Source: Candidatus Limimorpha sp. (GTDB lineage Bacteria > Bacteroidota > Bacteroidia > Bacteroidales > F082). From it: a DNA stretch of 64,000 nucleotides. The notes beneath the pieces are model-generated. The model saw only the letters and a list, made by a program, of their open reading frames with translations, made no database searches and was not told where the DNA came from. A program made the translations under genes and the position numbers. Location of the stretch: contig JBGVQR010000076.1 of the NCBI GenBank assembly GCA_045127605.1, positions 453 through 64,452 on the forward strand, given 5' to 3'. Shown in pieces: positions 34,975-44,224 of this stretch (position 1 is its first letter; each line of letters begins with the position of its first letter).

Positions 34975-37900
34975 ATGAGGAAGTTTTACTTTTTCTTAAT
35001 TACGTTTCTTGCATTAGGCTTCAGTCTTAATGCACAAGAGATTACTGTCACAGGTATAGTCACTTCTGCGGAAGATGGCTGGGGATTACCTGGTGTAACA
35101 ATTCAAGTCAAAGGCACAACAAGAGGAGAAGTCACTGGTATCGACGGCGACTATACCATCAGAGTTAATTCCAATGACGTATTACAATTTTCATATGTGG
35201 GATATCAATCTCAAGAGATTCCTGTAGATGGAAAAACAAAGATTGACGTTGTGATGAAGACAGACGCCATGTTGTTGGACAATGTCGTTGTCACAGCTTT
35301 AGGTATCAAACGTCAGAAAAGAGAGTTAGGTTATGCTACCGAAGACATCAGCGGTGAAGACCTCACACGTTCTGGTAGCGACAACGTCATCAACTCCTTG
35401 AGCGGTCGTGCTGCTGGTGTGCAGATTATCACTGGCGACGGTGTTGCCGGCGGTTCTTCACGTATCGTCATCCGTGGTAACAACAGTATCTTCGGCGACA
35501 ACCAGCCACTCATCGTCGTCGACGGTGTCCCTATGACCAACGAAGGCGGTGTCACTGGATGGGACGGCGGTCAAGACTGGGGAACAGCTCTTAACAATAT
35601 TAACCAAGAAGATATCGAAGACCTTAACATCTTGAAAGGACCTACCGCTGCAGCTCTCTACGGCTCACGAGGCGGTAACGGCGTGGTGCTCATCACAACA
35701 AAGAAAGGTAAGAAACAACAAGGTCTCGGCATCAACTTCTCTTCAACATATAAGTTGACTAACCCTTACGGTTACCGTGACGTACAAAACAAATACGGCG
35801 CTGGCGGTCCTATCTCATTCTTGACACCATCATTGAAACAAGATGAGAACGGCAACTACATCTACGACGTCAACGGATATAGCGCAGACTTAGGCCCAGA
35901 AGGAGAACCTACAAACACAACATTCGGTTACTACGGCGGTGCTGTCTCTTGGGGCCCTGTCATGGACGGAACAACAATGCTCTGGTGGGACAGCGTCATG
36001 AGAGAATATACTCCACAGCCTGACAACCTCAGCATGTTGTACAAAAACTCACACTCTTTCACCAACAACGTCTCCTTCCAAAACGCTGGCGACTTCGGTT
36101 CTGTGAGAGTCTCTGTCACCGATGACCGTTCCGATGCTATCATCGACAACTGTAACATCAGACAAACAACATTCAACGTCGGTTCTTTGTTGAACATCTC
36201 TGAAAAAATCAAAGCTGACGTCTCTTTCACATACTTCGACTACCATCGTCTCAACTCACCAGTCCTCGGCGAGTCATACAGCAACTTCAACAAAGGTCTT
36301 CTCTACAGCTGGCCAAGAAGCTGGAAAGGTATCGAATCAACAACATACGAACAGCCAGACGGAACAATGACAGAATGGGGAACATATCCATTCCAATACA
36401 TCAACGCTAACACCTTCTGGAGTTTCTACAACAACAACACAACTCTCGACCGTGACAAGGCCTACGGTTCTCTCCGTCTCACATACGACATCACCGACTG
36501 GTTGACATTCGCTGGTAAGACAGCCCTTGACTTCAGCTTGGACCAATATGAGACAAGAAACAAACCTACAGCTGTCGACGGAATGACAGGCGGCTACTAC
36601 AAACAAAATCTCACCAGAGACTACACCCTCGACGCCGACTTCCTCTTCACTGCTCATAAAGACTTCATCTTCGGTTCATTGTTCAACGCACGTCTCTCTT
36701 TCGGTGGCGAACGTTATTACAGAAACACTTACGGCTTATGGGCTGGCACAGGAACATGGGCTTACGAATATTTATACACATTCAACAACTACTTGAGCGG
36801 TGGTTCTAACCCACTCACAACAAACATGCTCCCAGGCGAGTCACGTTATGAAAAACAAGTCAACTCATTATATGGTTTCTTGAACATCTCTTACAAGAAC
36901 TTCCTCTTCATGGACTTCACAGGAAGAAACGACTGGTCTTCAACATTGCCATTGAACAACAACAGCTACTTCTACCCATCAGCTACTGTCAGTTTCATCG
37001 CTACTGAAGCCTTCAAAATCAACTGGGGTCCTGTCAGCTTCTTGAAAGTAAGAGGTTCTGCTGCTACAACAGCTAGCGACGACAACCCTTATCAGCTCGA
37101 TTTCACTTATAACACTGGCTCATTCGGAGGTCAGTTGTCAACAACACTCCCAACACAGGTTCCTCCTGTACAGTTGAAACCTCAACGTCAACGTTCTTTC
37201 GAAATCGGTCTCGACCTCGGCTTATGGGATAAGTTCAATATGGACGTGACATATTACGACATCTACTCTTGGGATCAAATCCTTGCTTCTCCTATTGCAG
37301 TGTCATCTGGTTCTAGCAGCGCTCGTATCAACACTGGTATCGTCACCAACAAAGGTATCGAGGCTATCATGAACTACAACGTATTCCAAAAAGCTGACAG
37401 CTACTTGCAAGTAGGTCTCAACCTCGCAAGAAACACCAACCGTATCGTCGACTTAGGCGGTGCCGACATGTATATCTTGTCAGAAGTATGGGGTTCTAAC
37501 GGTCCAGCTATCGCTGTTCAAGAAGGCGAACAATATGGTACAATCTACGGTTGGGATTATGTATATGCAGAAGATGCTAACGGCGTTATGCGTCCTGTCC
37601 TCAACGCTGAAGGTACAGAATACCTCAAGACAAACCAACGCGTTCCTGTCGGCAACTGCGCTCCTGCAGTGACAGGCGGTATCAACCTCAAATATAACTA
37701 CAAGAACTTATCACTCTACGCTTTGATAGACGCTAAACTCGGCGGCGAAATCTACTGCGGTTCTTACGTCATCGCAATGCAGACAGGTCAAAGCAACGAG
37801 ACATTATACGAACGCGAAGGTAACGGTCTCCCACTCTACGACGCAGAAGGTAACTTCTTAGGCAACTACGGTGTCGTATTGCCAGGTGTTATTGTAGACC

Positions 37901-38259
37901 CAGAGACAGGTGCTGTGACAGAAAACGAACAAGTGGTACATTACTACTACAAATACATGCCTAACTTCGGAGGCTGGGGCAACTACCTCACAACTCCAGG
38001 TATCGTCAACAACACATGGATTAAAATGCGTGAAATAACATTGAGCTATAACTTCCCTAACAGAATCCTTGAAAAACTCAAAGTGTTCCAAAACGCTTCT
38101 CTCTCAATCACTGGCCGCGATTTGTTCTACTTCTATAAATCATTGCCAGATAACATCAACCCAGAGGGTACTCTCGGAACTGGTAACGCTCAAGGTCTTG
38201 AATATGGTTCATTCCCAATGACACGCTCATTCATAGTATCACTCAGATTCGGTCTTTAA
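34975..38259 (+). CDS. SusC/RagA-family TonB-dependent outer-membrane transporter
   Basis: Signal peptide, carboxypeptidase-regulatory-like domain (ITVTGIVTSAEDGWGLPGVTIQVKG), plug domain (VVVTALGIKRQKRELGYA), large barrel ending in F-G-L. A SusD-like gene follows 5 nt later. Confidence 0.92.
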   Translation: MRKFYFFLITFLALGFSLNAQEITVTGIVTSAEDGWGLPGVTIQVKGTTRGEVTGIDGDYTIRVNSNDVLQFSYVGYQSQEIPVDGKTKIDVVMKTDAMLLDNVVVTALGIKRQKRELGYATEDISGEDLTRSGSDNVINSLSGRAAGVQIITGDGVAGGSSRIVIRGNNSIFGDNQPLIVVDGVPMTNEGGVTGWDGGQDWGTALNNINQEDIEDLNILKGPTAAALYGSRGGNGVVLITTKKGKKQQGLGINFSSTYKLTNPYGYRDVQNKYGAGGPISFLTPSLKQDENGNYIYDVNGYSADLGPEGEPTNTTFGYYGGAVSWGPVMDGTTMLWWDSVMREYTPQPDNLSMLYKNSHSFTNNVSFQNAGDFGSVRVSVTDDRSDAIIDNCNIRQTTFNVGSLLNISEKIKADVSFTYFDYHRLNSPVLGESYSNFNKGLLYSWPRSWKGIESTTYEQPDGTMTEWGTYPFQYINANTFWSFYNNNTTLDRDKAYGSLRLTYDITDWLTFAGKTALDFSLDQYETRNKPTAVDGMTGGYYKQNLTRDYTLDADFLFTAHKDFIFGSLFNARLSFGGERYYRNTYGLWAGTGTWAYEYLYTFNNYLSGGSNPLTTNMLPGESRYEKQVNSLYGFLNISYKNFLFMDFTGRNDWSSTLPLNNNSYFYPSATVSFIATEAFKINWGPVSFLKVRGSAATTASDDNPYQLDFTYNTGSFGGQLSTTLPTQVPPVQLKPQRQRSFEIGLDLGLWDKFNMDVTYYDIYSWDQILASPIAVSSGSSSARINTGIVTNKGIEAIMNYNVFQKADSYLQVGLNLARNTNRIVDLGGADMYILSEVWGSNGPAIAVQEGEQYGTIYGWDYVYAEDANGVMRPVLNAEGTEYLKTNQRVPVGNCAPAVTGGINLKYNYKNLSLYALIDAKLGGEIYCGSYVIAMQTGQSNETLYEREGNGLPLYDAEGNFLGNYGVVLPGVIVDPETGAVTENEQVVHYYYKYMPNFGGWGNYLTTPGIVNNTWIKMREITLSYNFPNRILEKLKVFQNASLSITGRDLFYFYKSLPDNINPEGTLGTGNAQGLEYGSFPMTRSFIVSLRFGL

Positions 38260-38264
38260 TTAAA

Positions 38265-39998
38265 ATGAAGGAGAAAATAATTATGAAAAAGAATATCAAA
38301 AATATATTGTTGGCAACAACAGCAGTTTTCGCTCTCGCTTTCAGCTCTTGCGATAGAGGCTTCGGCGAAATGAACAAAAACCCAATGAGTCCAACAGGTA
38401 CCGACATCGGACCTCTCTTCAACGGCGTAGTCAGCAGCCTCACATGGAACAGCAACGAGCAATTCTATCTCTGGAACGAGTTGTTCTATGCTGAGACAGA
38501 ACTCGGTGCTTTGACATCAGAGGCTTGGGGTAACACCAGCATCGGCGTCGACGCAGTGTGGAACAACTACTACCTCACACTTGCTAACATACACGACATC
38601 GATGACCGCCTCGACGCTTTATGCGAATCTGCTGAAGATAACGAAATAGACGATAAGGTAAGAGCTCAGCTCATCGTCATAGAAGCTTTCAAGACTTTCA
38701 AGATTACCGATATGTTCGGCGACATCCCTTATTCAGAAGCTGGATACATCTGGTTCAACACCACAGAAAACAGAAAGCCTAAATACGACACCCAAGAGTC
38801 TATCTACAAAACCTTGCTTAACGAACTCGTATGGGCTAGAAACATCTTAAGCAACGGACAAGCTAAGACATCATTAGGCAACACTTATTACTCTTTAGGT
38901 TCTTACGACGTAATGTATCATAACGACTATTACAAATGGGCTAAAGTAGCTAACTCCTTGATTTTACGTCACGGTTTAAGAATGTATGACAAAGACACTG
39001 AATTCGCAAAACCTATCTTGACAGAAGCTTTCAACAAGCCAGTAGTAGACGACTATTACTACAGCGGTAACGGCGGTTTCGCTTTGTGGCCACAATACTT
39101 AGGCAGCAACTTCGGCGATGAAGGCTGGGCATTCCGCGAACATAAAAACTTAAGAATGGGTGAGACAGTATTTGCTCAGATGTCAAGACCAACAGACTCT
39201 GTTGACAACAGAATCTTCGACCCAAGAGTCTATATCTTCTTCGACACAAACAACAAGACTGCAGAATATCCAAACGGAGCATGGAGAGCCTATCCACAGT
39301 TGAGAGACGCTAACACACCTACAGAAGGCGGTACTCCTTACTCATCAGCAAGAGACAAGAACTACGGATTCAAAGGTCCTGCTTGCTTGTATTCTCCATT
39401 CAACTTCTACCTCATCCGCGACCACGTCTTCGTACCTCAAATGATGATTAGCGCTGCTGAAGTCAACTTCATCAAAGCTGAAATGCTCGTCAGAGGTATC
39501 GTTCCTGGTGGTATCAACGGCCCTTCTGGAGCAGAAGGTGTTTTAACTAAAGGTATAGAATTGTCATTCAACTTCTGGTTACAACTTCCTATCTACGGAA
39601 CTGACGCTACATATAAATATGTATATCCAGAACTTCAAGAAATATTAGATGGCGGTGACTTGTATTCACTCTCTTCAGCATACGCTTCTAACATCATGAA
39701 TGAAATGGTCTACAGCAACCTTGAATTCGCATACGATGACAATGCTTACTTGGAATTGATTTACCAACAACGCTGGTTAGACCTCTTCCGTCAAGCAAAC
39801 GAAGCATGGAACCTCGCACGCCGCACTAAAGACACTGGCGCAACAACACCTACTACAATCAACCATAGCAAACTCGTTTCTTACAGATTGCCTTATCCAC
39901 AGTCAGAAGTCACATACAACTATGACAACTACAACGAACAAGTCAAAAAGATGGAATTCGGCGACACAAGACAAACCAAGGTATGGTGGATGAAATGA
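38265..39998 (+). CDS. SusD/RagB-family nutrient-binding lipoprotein
   Basis: Lipoprotein signal (LLATTAVFALAFSSC) and TPR-like helical composition. Position directly after the SusC-like gene. An alternative ATG lies at 38283. Confidence 0.85.
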   Translation: MKEKIIMKKNIKNILLATTAVFALAFSSCDRGFGEMNKNPMSPTGTDIGPLFNGVVSSLTWNSNEQFYLWNELFYAETELGALTSEAWGNTSIGVDAVWNNYYLTLANIHDIDDRLDALCESAEDNEIDDKVRAQLIVIEAFKTFKITDMFGDIPYSEAGYIWFNTTENRKPKYDTQESIYKTLLNELVWARNILSNGQAKTSLGNTYYSLGSYDVMYHNDYYKWAKVANSLILRHGLRMYDKDTEFAKPILTEAFNKPVVDDYYYSGNGGFALWPQYLGSNFGDEGWAFREHKNLRMGETVFAQMSRPTDSVDNRIFDPRVYIFFDTNNKTAEYPNGAWRAYPQLRDANTPTEGGTPYSSARDKNYGFKGPACLYSPFNFYLIRDHVFVPQMMISAAEVNFIKAEMLVRGIVPGGINGPSGAEGVLTKGIELSFNFWLQLPIYGTDATYKYVYPELQEILDGGDLYSLSSAYASNIMNEMVYSNLEFAYDDNAYLELIYQQRWLDLFRQANEAWNLARRTKDTGATTPTTINHSKLVSYRLPYPQSEVTYNYDNYNEQVKKMEFGDTRQTKVWWMK

Positions 39999-40024
39999 TA
40001 ATCATTAATTAAATATGTAATAGA

Positions 40025-42577
40025 ATGAAAAAAGTATTTTTGTTATTATCAATAATGTTGTGCATGAATCTTATCAATGCACAAGTGGAGTACGTTATCA
40101 ACTTCGATAACTACACCTTAGGCACTCAATGTCTCAACGGACAAGACAATTGGTCGACACACTATCAGACAGCTTCTACATCACAAGACTTCGATGTCGA
40201 CTACAGCTGCGATGGTTTGTTATCACCTAACGAAACACCTGCTGTCTACTATCCATACGGTGGTCCTGGCGTTGGTAGAACAGCAACACGTAAAGCCTCA
40301 GAAAACTTCGGTTTCAACTTCAAAGAAGGTGGCATCATCGACTTTGAATTCGACATCACTCCAGCATGGTGGGGTGTCTTCGCTGGTGTCGGCTACGATG
40401 CTGACGGCGACGGAAACATCCTTCAAGGCATGACAGAAGGCGAAGGCGGTGTGTACCTCCGCATCGCTGGCAGCGGCAACGACCGTCATCCTAACATCGT
40501 CCTCCCTGACGGAACAGATATCCTCATCACCAACTACAGACAAGAAAATTGGGCTAGATATAAAATGTCTTTCGACTTCTCTGCTTACGACGGTGCAGGT
40601 TCTTTGACAGTATTCGTTAAAGACTTCGACGGAACAAACTGGGGCGAATGGAACCAGTTGTCAGAAGCTACAGAACTCAATATGGGCATGACACCAGGCT
40701 CAGGCGACATGCGCGACTATAAAGTATGGGACGGCATCTTCTTCCACTGCCAAGGCGGTACTGGCGGATTCGACAACTTCTTGGTTCGCCAAATGCCAGA
40801 AGGTAATATGCAATACATCAACATGCCTGACGTTCCAAAACAATTGACAATTAACCCTCCTTATACATTAGAAGCTACTTCAACATCAGGTCTCCCTGTC
40901 TCTTTCGAACTCATCAGCGGTCCTGCTACTTTAGACGGCAATGTCATTACTCTCACAGGAGAAACAGGTAAGGTAAGCATCAAAGCTACTCAAGCTGGCG
41001 ACGACACATGGCTCGCAGCTCCTGACGTAATCAAGACTTTCGAAGTAATTGACCATACAGCTTATCCAACAGACATCACTATCCGTCGTCCATATAACGA
41101 AACAAATGTATACCTCCCTGAGTTAAAAGCTATCGTCATCAGCACAAGCCTTAAAGTGGAACATGCCGACGCTCTTCACTTCGAAGAAGTGACAGCAACT
41201 ATCAACGGCGAAGAAAGCACTTTGACTACAGTATATCCTAACGACCCAGAAAACGGTTACTACTACTGCTACTGGACTCCTTCAACATACGGAGAACATA
41301 ACATGACTATCAGCGTGACAACAACAGGCGGCAACGTAACAGAGAAGTCTTCAACATTCACCATCACAAAAGAATACGAAAACCTCGACGTTGTAACTTT
41401 CGACGGTGACCTTCAATGTACTCCTTCTGTTCATTCAGCAAAAGGTAATTACGTCATGCCAACACACGTAGGCGCATTCAACAAAATCAATGCACACTAC
41501 GACCATAACTGTATCAACAGCAAATGTGACGACTACGACCGCGTTGGTGGCGTTAAAGTAAGAAACTACCGAGGCGAATGGATGGAACTCTTCCGCTACA
41601 CCACACCTTTCGGTGGAGAATGTGAAGACAACGTTGATGTAACAGATTTCACATCAGTACTCCAAGGCCTCGTAGAATTCGAACTTTACTTCGAGTCATG
41701 GAACGGCGACGGTTATTGCCCAACACTTACTTTCAACATGACTAAAGGCGACCCTGAATACGACTACGCTAACGTCGAAGAATTATGGTACGACATCTAC
41801 CCATTCGGCGACTATAACAAACAACAACCTGTACCAAGAGTAAAATACTTCTTCACTCCTAACACAGAGGCTGCAAAGTTGAAACTCATCACAACAGGAC
41901 ACAACTGGAGCAGCAATGCCAACGACACATACAACACAGGCAATGCCGCTGAGTTCTACGAAGCAACACACAACATCAATATCAATGGTGTAAAAGAATA
42001 CGACCAACACTTATGGAGAACATGTAACCCTAACCCAGCAGGTTGTCAACCACAAGCTGGTACATGGACTTACAACCGCTCTGGATGGTGTCCAGGCAGC
42101 ATCGCAATGGTTTGGGACTTCGACTTGACAAAACATATAGCAGAAGGTTATGCTGACTTATTCTACGAATTCGACCCAACATACTTCGATGAATGTCATC
42201 CAAATCACCCTAACTGCGTTGACGGCTTCACATGTACAAGATGCGATGCTCCTGACAATCCTGTCTTGAGAGTTTCTGGTAAAGTCATTTCTTTGAGTAA
42301 TCAGGTTAACATCTTAACAGAAGTTCCTACTCTCGTTGAAAAAGAAACATTCAATGTTGACATCTTCCCTAACCCAGCAAAGTCAACACTCAATTTCTCT
42401 TCAGACTATGAATATGGTAAGTTGAGCGTTCTCATCATCAATGCACAAGGACAAGAAGTCAGAAGATTCACTTTCGACGGAAGCAGAAGCATCGATGTCT
42501 CCGACCTCTCAAGCGGAGTCTACTTCGTCAAGATCTTAGGAAACACAATGCAGACTAAGAAGATTGTCATTAGATAA
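40025..42577 (+). CDS. T9SS-sorted multidomain protein with a PNGase F-like (peptide-N4-(N-acetyl-beta-glucosaminyl)asparagine amidase F) catalytic region
   Basis: 850 aa: signal peptide, unknown about 240-aa N-terminal domain, Ig-like domains, then residues about 455-755 that align with PNGase F (CINSKCDDYDR, YFESW, NAAEF, WTYNRSGWCPG). The C-terminal T9SS sorting domain reads FPNPAKSTLNF...VYFVKILGN...KKIVIR. Confidence 0.75.
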   Translation: MKKVFLLLSIMLCMNLINAQVEYVINFDNYTLGTQCLNGQDNWSTHYQTASTSQDFDVDYSCDGLLSPNETPAVYYPYGGPGVGRTATRKASENFGFNFKEGGIIDFEFDITPAWWGVFAGVGYDADGDGNILQGMTEGEGGVYLRIAGSGNDRHPNIVLPDGTDILITNYRQENWARYKMSFDFSAYDGAGSLTVFVKDFDGTNWGEWNQLSEATELNMGMTPGSGDMRDYKVWDGIFFHCQGGTGGFDNFLVRQMPEGNMQYINMPDVPKQLTINPPYTLEATSTSGLPVSFELISGPATLDGNVITLTGETGKVSIKATQAGDDTWLAAPDVIKTFEVIDHTAYPTDITIRRPYNETNVYLPELKAIVISTSLKVEHADALHFEEVTATINGEESTLTTVYPNDPENGYYYCYWTPSTYGEHNMTISVTTTGGNVTEKSSTFTITKEYENLDVVTFDGDLQCTPSVHSAKGNYVMPTHVGAFNKINAHYDHNCINSKCDDYDRVGGVKVRNYRGEWMELFRYTTPFGGECEDNVDVTDFTSVLQGLVEFELYFESWNGDGYCPTLTFNMTKGDPEYDYANVEELWYDIYPFGDYNKQQPVPRVKYFFTPNTEAAKLKLITTGHNWSSNANDTYNTGNAAEFYEATHNININGVKEYDQHLWRTCNPNPAGCQPQAGTWTYNRSGWCPGSIAMVWDFDLTKHIAEGYADLFYEFDPTYFDECHPNHPNCVDGFTCTRCDAPDNPVLRVSGKVISLSNQVNILTEVPTLVEKETFNVDIFPNPAKSTLNFSSDYEYGKLSVLIINAQGQEVRRFTFDGSRSIDVSDLSSGVYFVKILGNTMQTKKIVIR

Positions 42578-42605
42578 TTCATAATGCTTAATGCATAATT
42601 CATAA
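42578..42605 (+). repeat. Family A heptad array directly after the stop codon (ttcataa tgcttaa tgcataa ttcataa)
   Basis: Starts 1 nt after TAA 42575-42577. A terminator hairpin follows. Confidence 0.9.
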
Positions 42606-42607
42606 TT

Positions 42608-42642
42608 AAAGCCGTTGCTTCATACGAAGTGACGGCTTTTTT
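42608..42642 (+). terminator. Intrinsic terminator after the PNGase F-like gene
   Basis: aaagccgt-tgcttcatacgaagtg-acggctttttt. Confidence 0.8.
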
Positions 42643-42778
42643 ATTTAGCAAAACACACCCTACATACACATTATTAATAAATTAATTCATTTTGGTTGAT
42701 TATTTTCCACTTGACATTGTTTTTTTCATAACGTACATTTGCAATAAAAATTAAAGCTGTTGAACTTTGAACTAAGTT

Positions 42779-42831
42779 GGTCGCTGAGCTTGTCGAAGCG
42801 CCGAGTCGTGTCTTCGACAGGCTCAGGCACC
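42779..42831. repeat. REP-like palindromic element, copy 2
   Basis: ggtcgctgagcttgtcgaagcg-ccgagtcgtgt-cttcgacaggctcaggcacc. Confidence 0.9.
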
Positions 42832-42878
42832 ATTGTCTAGTTGACTTTTAAAAAAATTAACTTTAAAAATAAAATCTT

Positions 42879-43811
42879 ATGAAAAAACTATTACTACTTA
42901 TAATAGCAATAAATATCGGGATGATATTGAATGCGCAGAGGGATTCTACTTACGTTTACCAGTCTTTCTTCGGTAATGACTCGACAACAATCAATTCGTA
43001 TAAAGTGGTTACTGATGCCGACTGGAATTATACATTTACTATTTCTAATAAAGACACTGTTACAATAAATGACAATCTGTATTATTTTGTAGAGCCGAAA
43101 CAGATTGAATATGAATATGGTTATATGGTTTTGAACTATGCCGAAGAAACTATATATTTCCGCGAAGATAGGGAAAACGGCAGATTGTATATGCATGTCA
43201 AAAACGATTATGTAGAGGAAGATTTGTTGTTGTGCGACATGTCTTTGAATGTTGGAGATACGTTTATGTTCCCCTTGCTCCATGATTTGAATCAATATGA
43301 GCAGAACGAAGTTATCGTGCAAAGCGTTCGTGACGAAAATGGCAGAAAAATCATTGAGTTCGGAAAAGTGTCGTTTGAAGAACTATTTATTGACAATTTC
43401 ATTTTTACGGAAGGTACTTTCCCAATGATACTTCCTGATTTTCATTGGGGATGCTCTGAATTGATATGCCAACATAAAGATGGCGAACTGACATATATTG
43501 TGTCACCCGACATAGAAGACTGTGTACTCCCGACATATTTGTCTATAAATGAAATTGATGGCAATGAAAATATAGCGGTACATCCTACAATTTTCTCAAA
43601 CAATGAAAAGATTTCAATCAAATCTGATTTTTGTATTAAAGACGTTACGATGATTGACATGCTCGGCAGAAAAGTGAATGTTTCAATAAATCCAACAGAC
43701 AACTTTACATTTCAAATTGGTCTGAATCAGAATTGTAATTCAGGTATTTACTTAATTATTGTTAAAACTGAAAAAGGTATTAGTTATGAAAAGGTGGTTT
43801 TGCATTATTAA
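42879..43811 (+). CDS. Hypothetical secreted protein with a T9SS C-terminal sorting domain
   Basis: 310 aa with a signal peptide. The C-terminal about 80 aa (VHPTIFSNNEKISIKS...GIYLIIVKTEKGISYEKVVL) fits the T9SS CTD pattern. Confidence 0.65.
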   Translation: MKKLLLLIIAINIGMILNAQRDSTYVYQSFFGNDSTTINSYKVVTDADWNYTFTISNKDTVTINDNLYYFVEPKQIEYEYGYMVLNYAEETIYFREDRENGRLYMHVKNDYVEEDLLLCDMSLNVGDTFMFPLLHDLNQYEQNEVIVQSVRDENGRKIIEFGKVSFEELFIDNFIFTEGTFPMILPDFHWGCSELICQHKDGELTYIVSPDIEDCVLPTYLSINEIDGNENIAVHPTIFSNNEKISIKSDFCIKDVTMIDMLGRKVNVSINPTDNFTFQIGLNQNCNSGIYLIIVKTEKGISYEKVVLHY

Positions 43812-43971
43812 TATAGGACATCAAAGCTCCGTAGGAGCGAAAGATCTTCTGTCGTACCTACGGCACTTTGGGATTATCATACAACAATTCTTTACAAGCA
43901 TTCCGAACTTCGTTCTCCATACCTGCCTATAATCTGTCGCCCTTACAGGGCTATAATTTTGACATAAAAAA

Positions 43972-44004
43972 TAACTTTGATGAAAACAGTTTTCATCAAA
44001 GTTA
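43972..44004. repeat. Perfect 33-bp palindrome (16-bp arms, 1-nt centre)
   Basis: taactttgatgaaaac a gttttcatcaaagtta. Confidence 0.95.
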
Positions 44005-44123
44005 CTTAATTAAATTGATATACATTGTTTTACAAGAATCTCACCAACCATTTTTGGCAATTATACCGAAATTCTGAGGTTTTGAATTTTTGAATTTCTT
44101 AGGTTTTTCAAAATAAATGGTAA

Positions 44124-44146
44124 GCCTTCGACAAGCTCAGCAACCG
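44124..44146. repeat. REP-like element, right-arm-only half copy
   Basis: gccttcgacaagctcagcaaccg matches the right arm of the three full copies. No left arm is present. Confidence 0.75.
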
Positions 44147-44163
44147 AAAAGCTCTTAGTTCAC

Positions 44164-44196
44164 AAAAAAAGGATGCCACCATCAGTGACATCCTAA
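44164..44196 (-). terminator. Intrinsic terminator after the S46 peptidase gene
   Basis: The minus strand reads aggatg-tcactgatggtgg-catcc followed by a T7 run. Confidence 0.75.
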
Positions 44197-44224
44197 TTAT
44201 GCATTATGAATTATGAATTGTGAA
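44197..44224 (-). repeat. Family A heptad array abutting the S46 stop codon (gene sense: TTCACAA TTCATAA TTCATAA TGCATAA)
   Basis: The plus strand reads ttatgca ttatgaa ttatgaa ttgtgaa, immediately followed by the stop at 44225-44227. Confidence 0.9.

Noticed and set aside
38243-38462. Two about 70-aa minus-strand ORFs at the susC/susD junction
   Set aside because: They lie antisense to the end of susC and the start of susD, and their translations are low-complexity.
43868-44077. 69-aa ORF in the 43812-44224 gap
   Set aside because: It spans repeat fragments and the 33-bp palindrome. There is no promoter box or coding-like composition. It is probably an artefact of repeat sequence.
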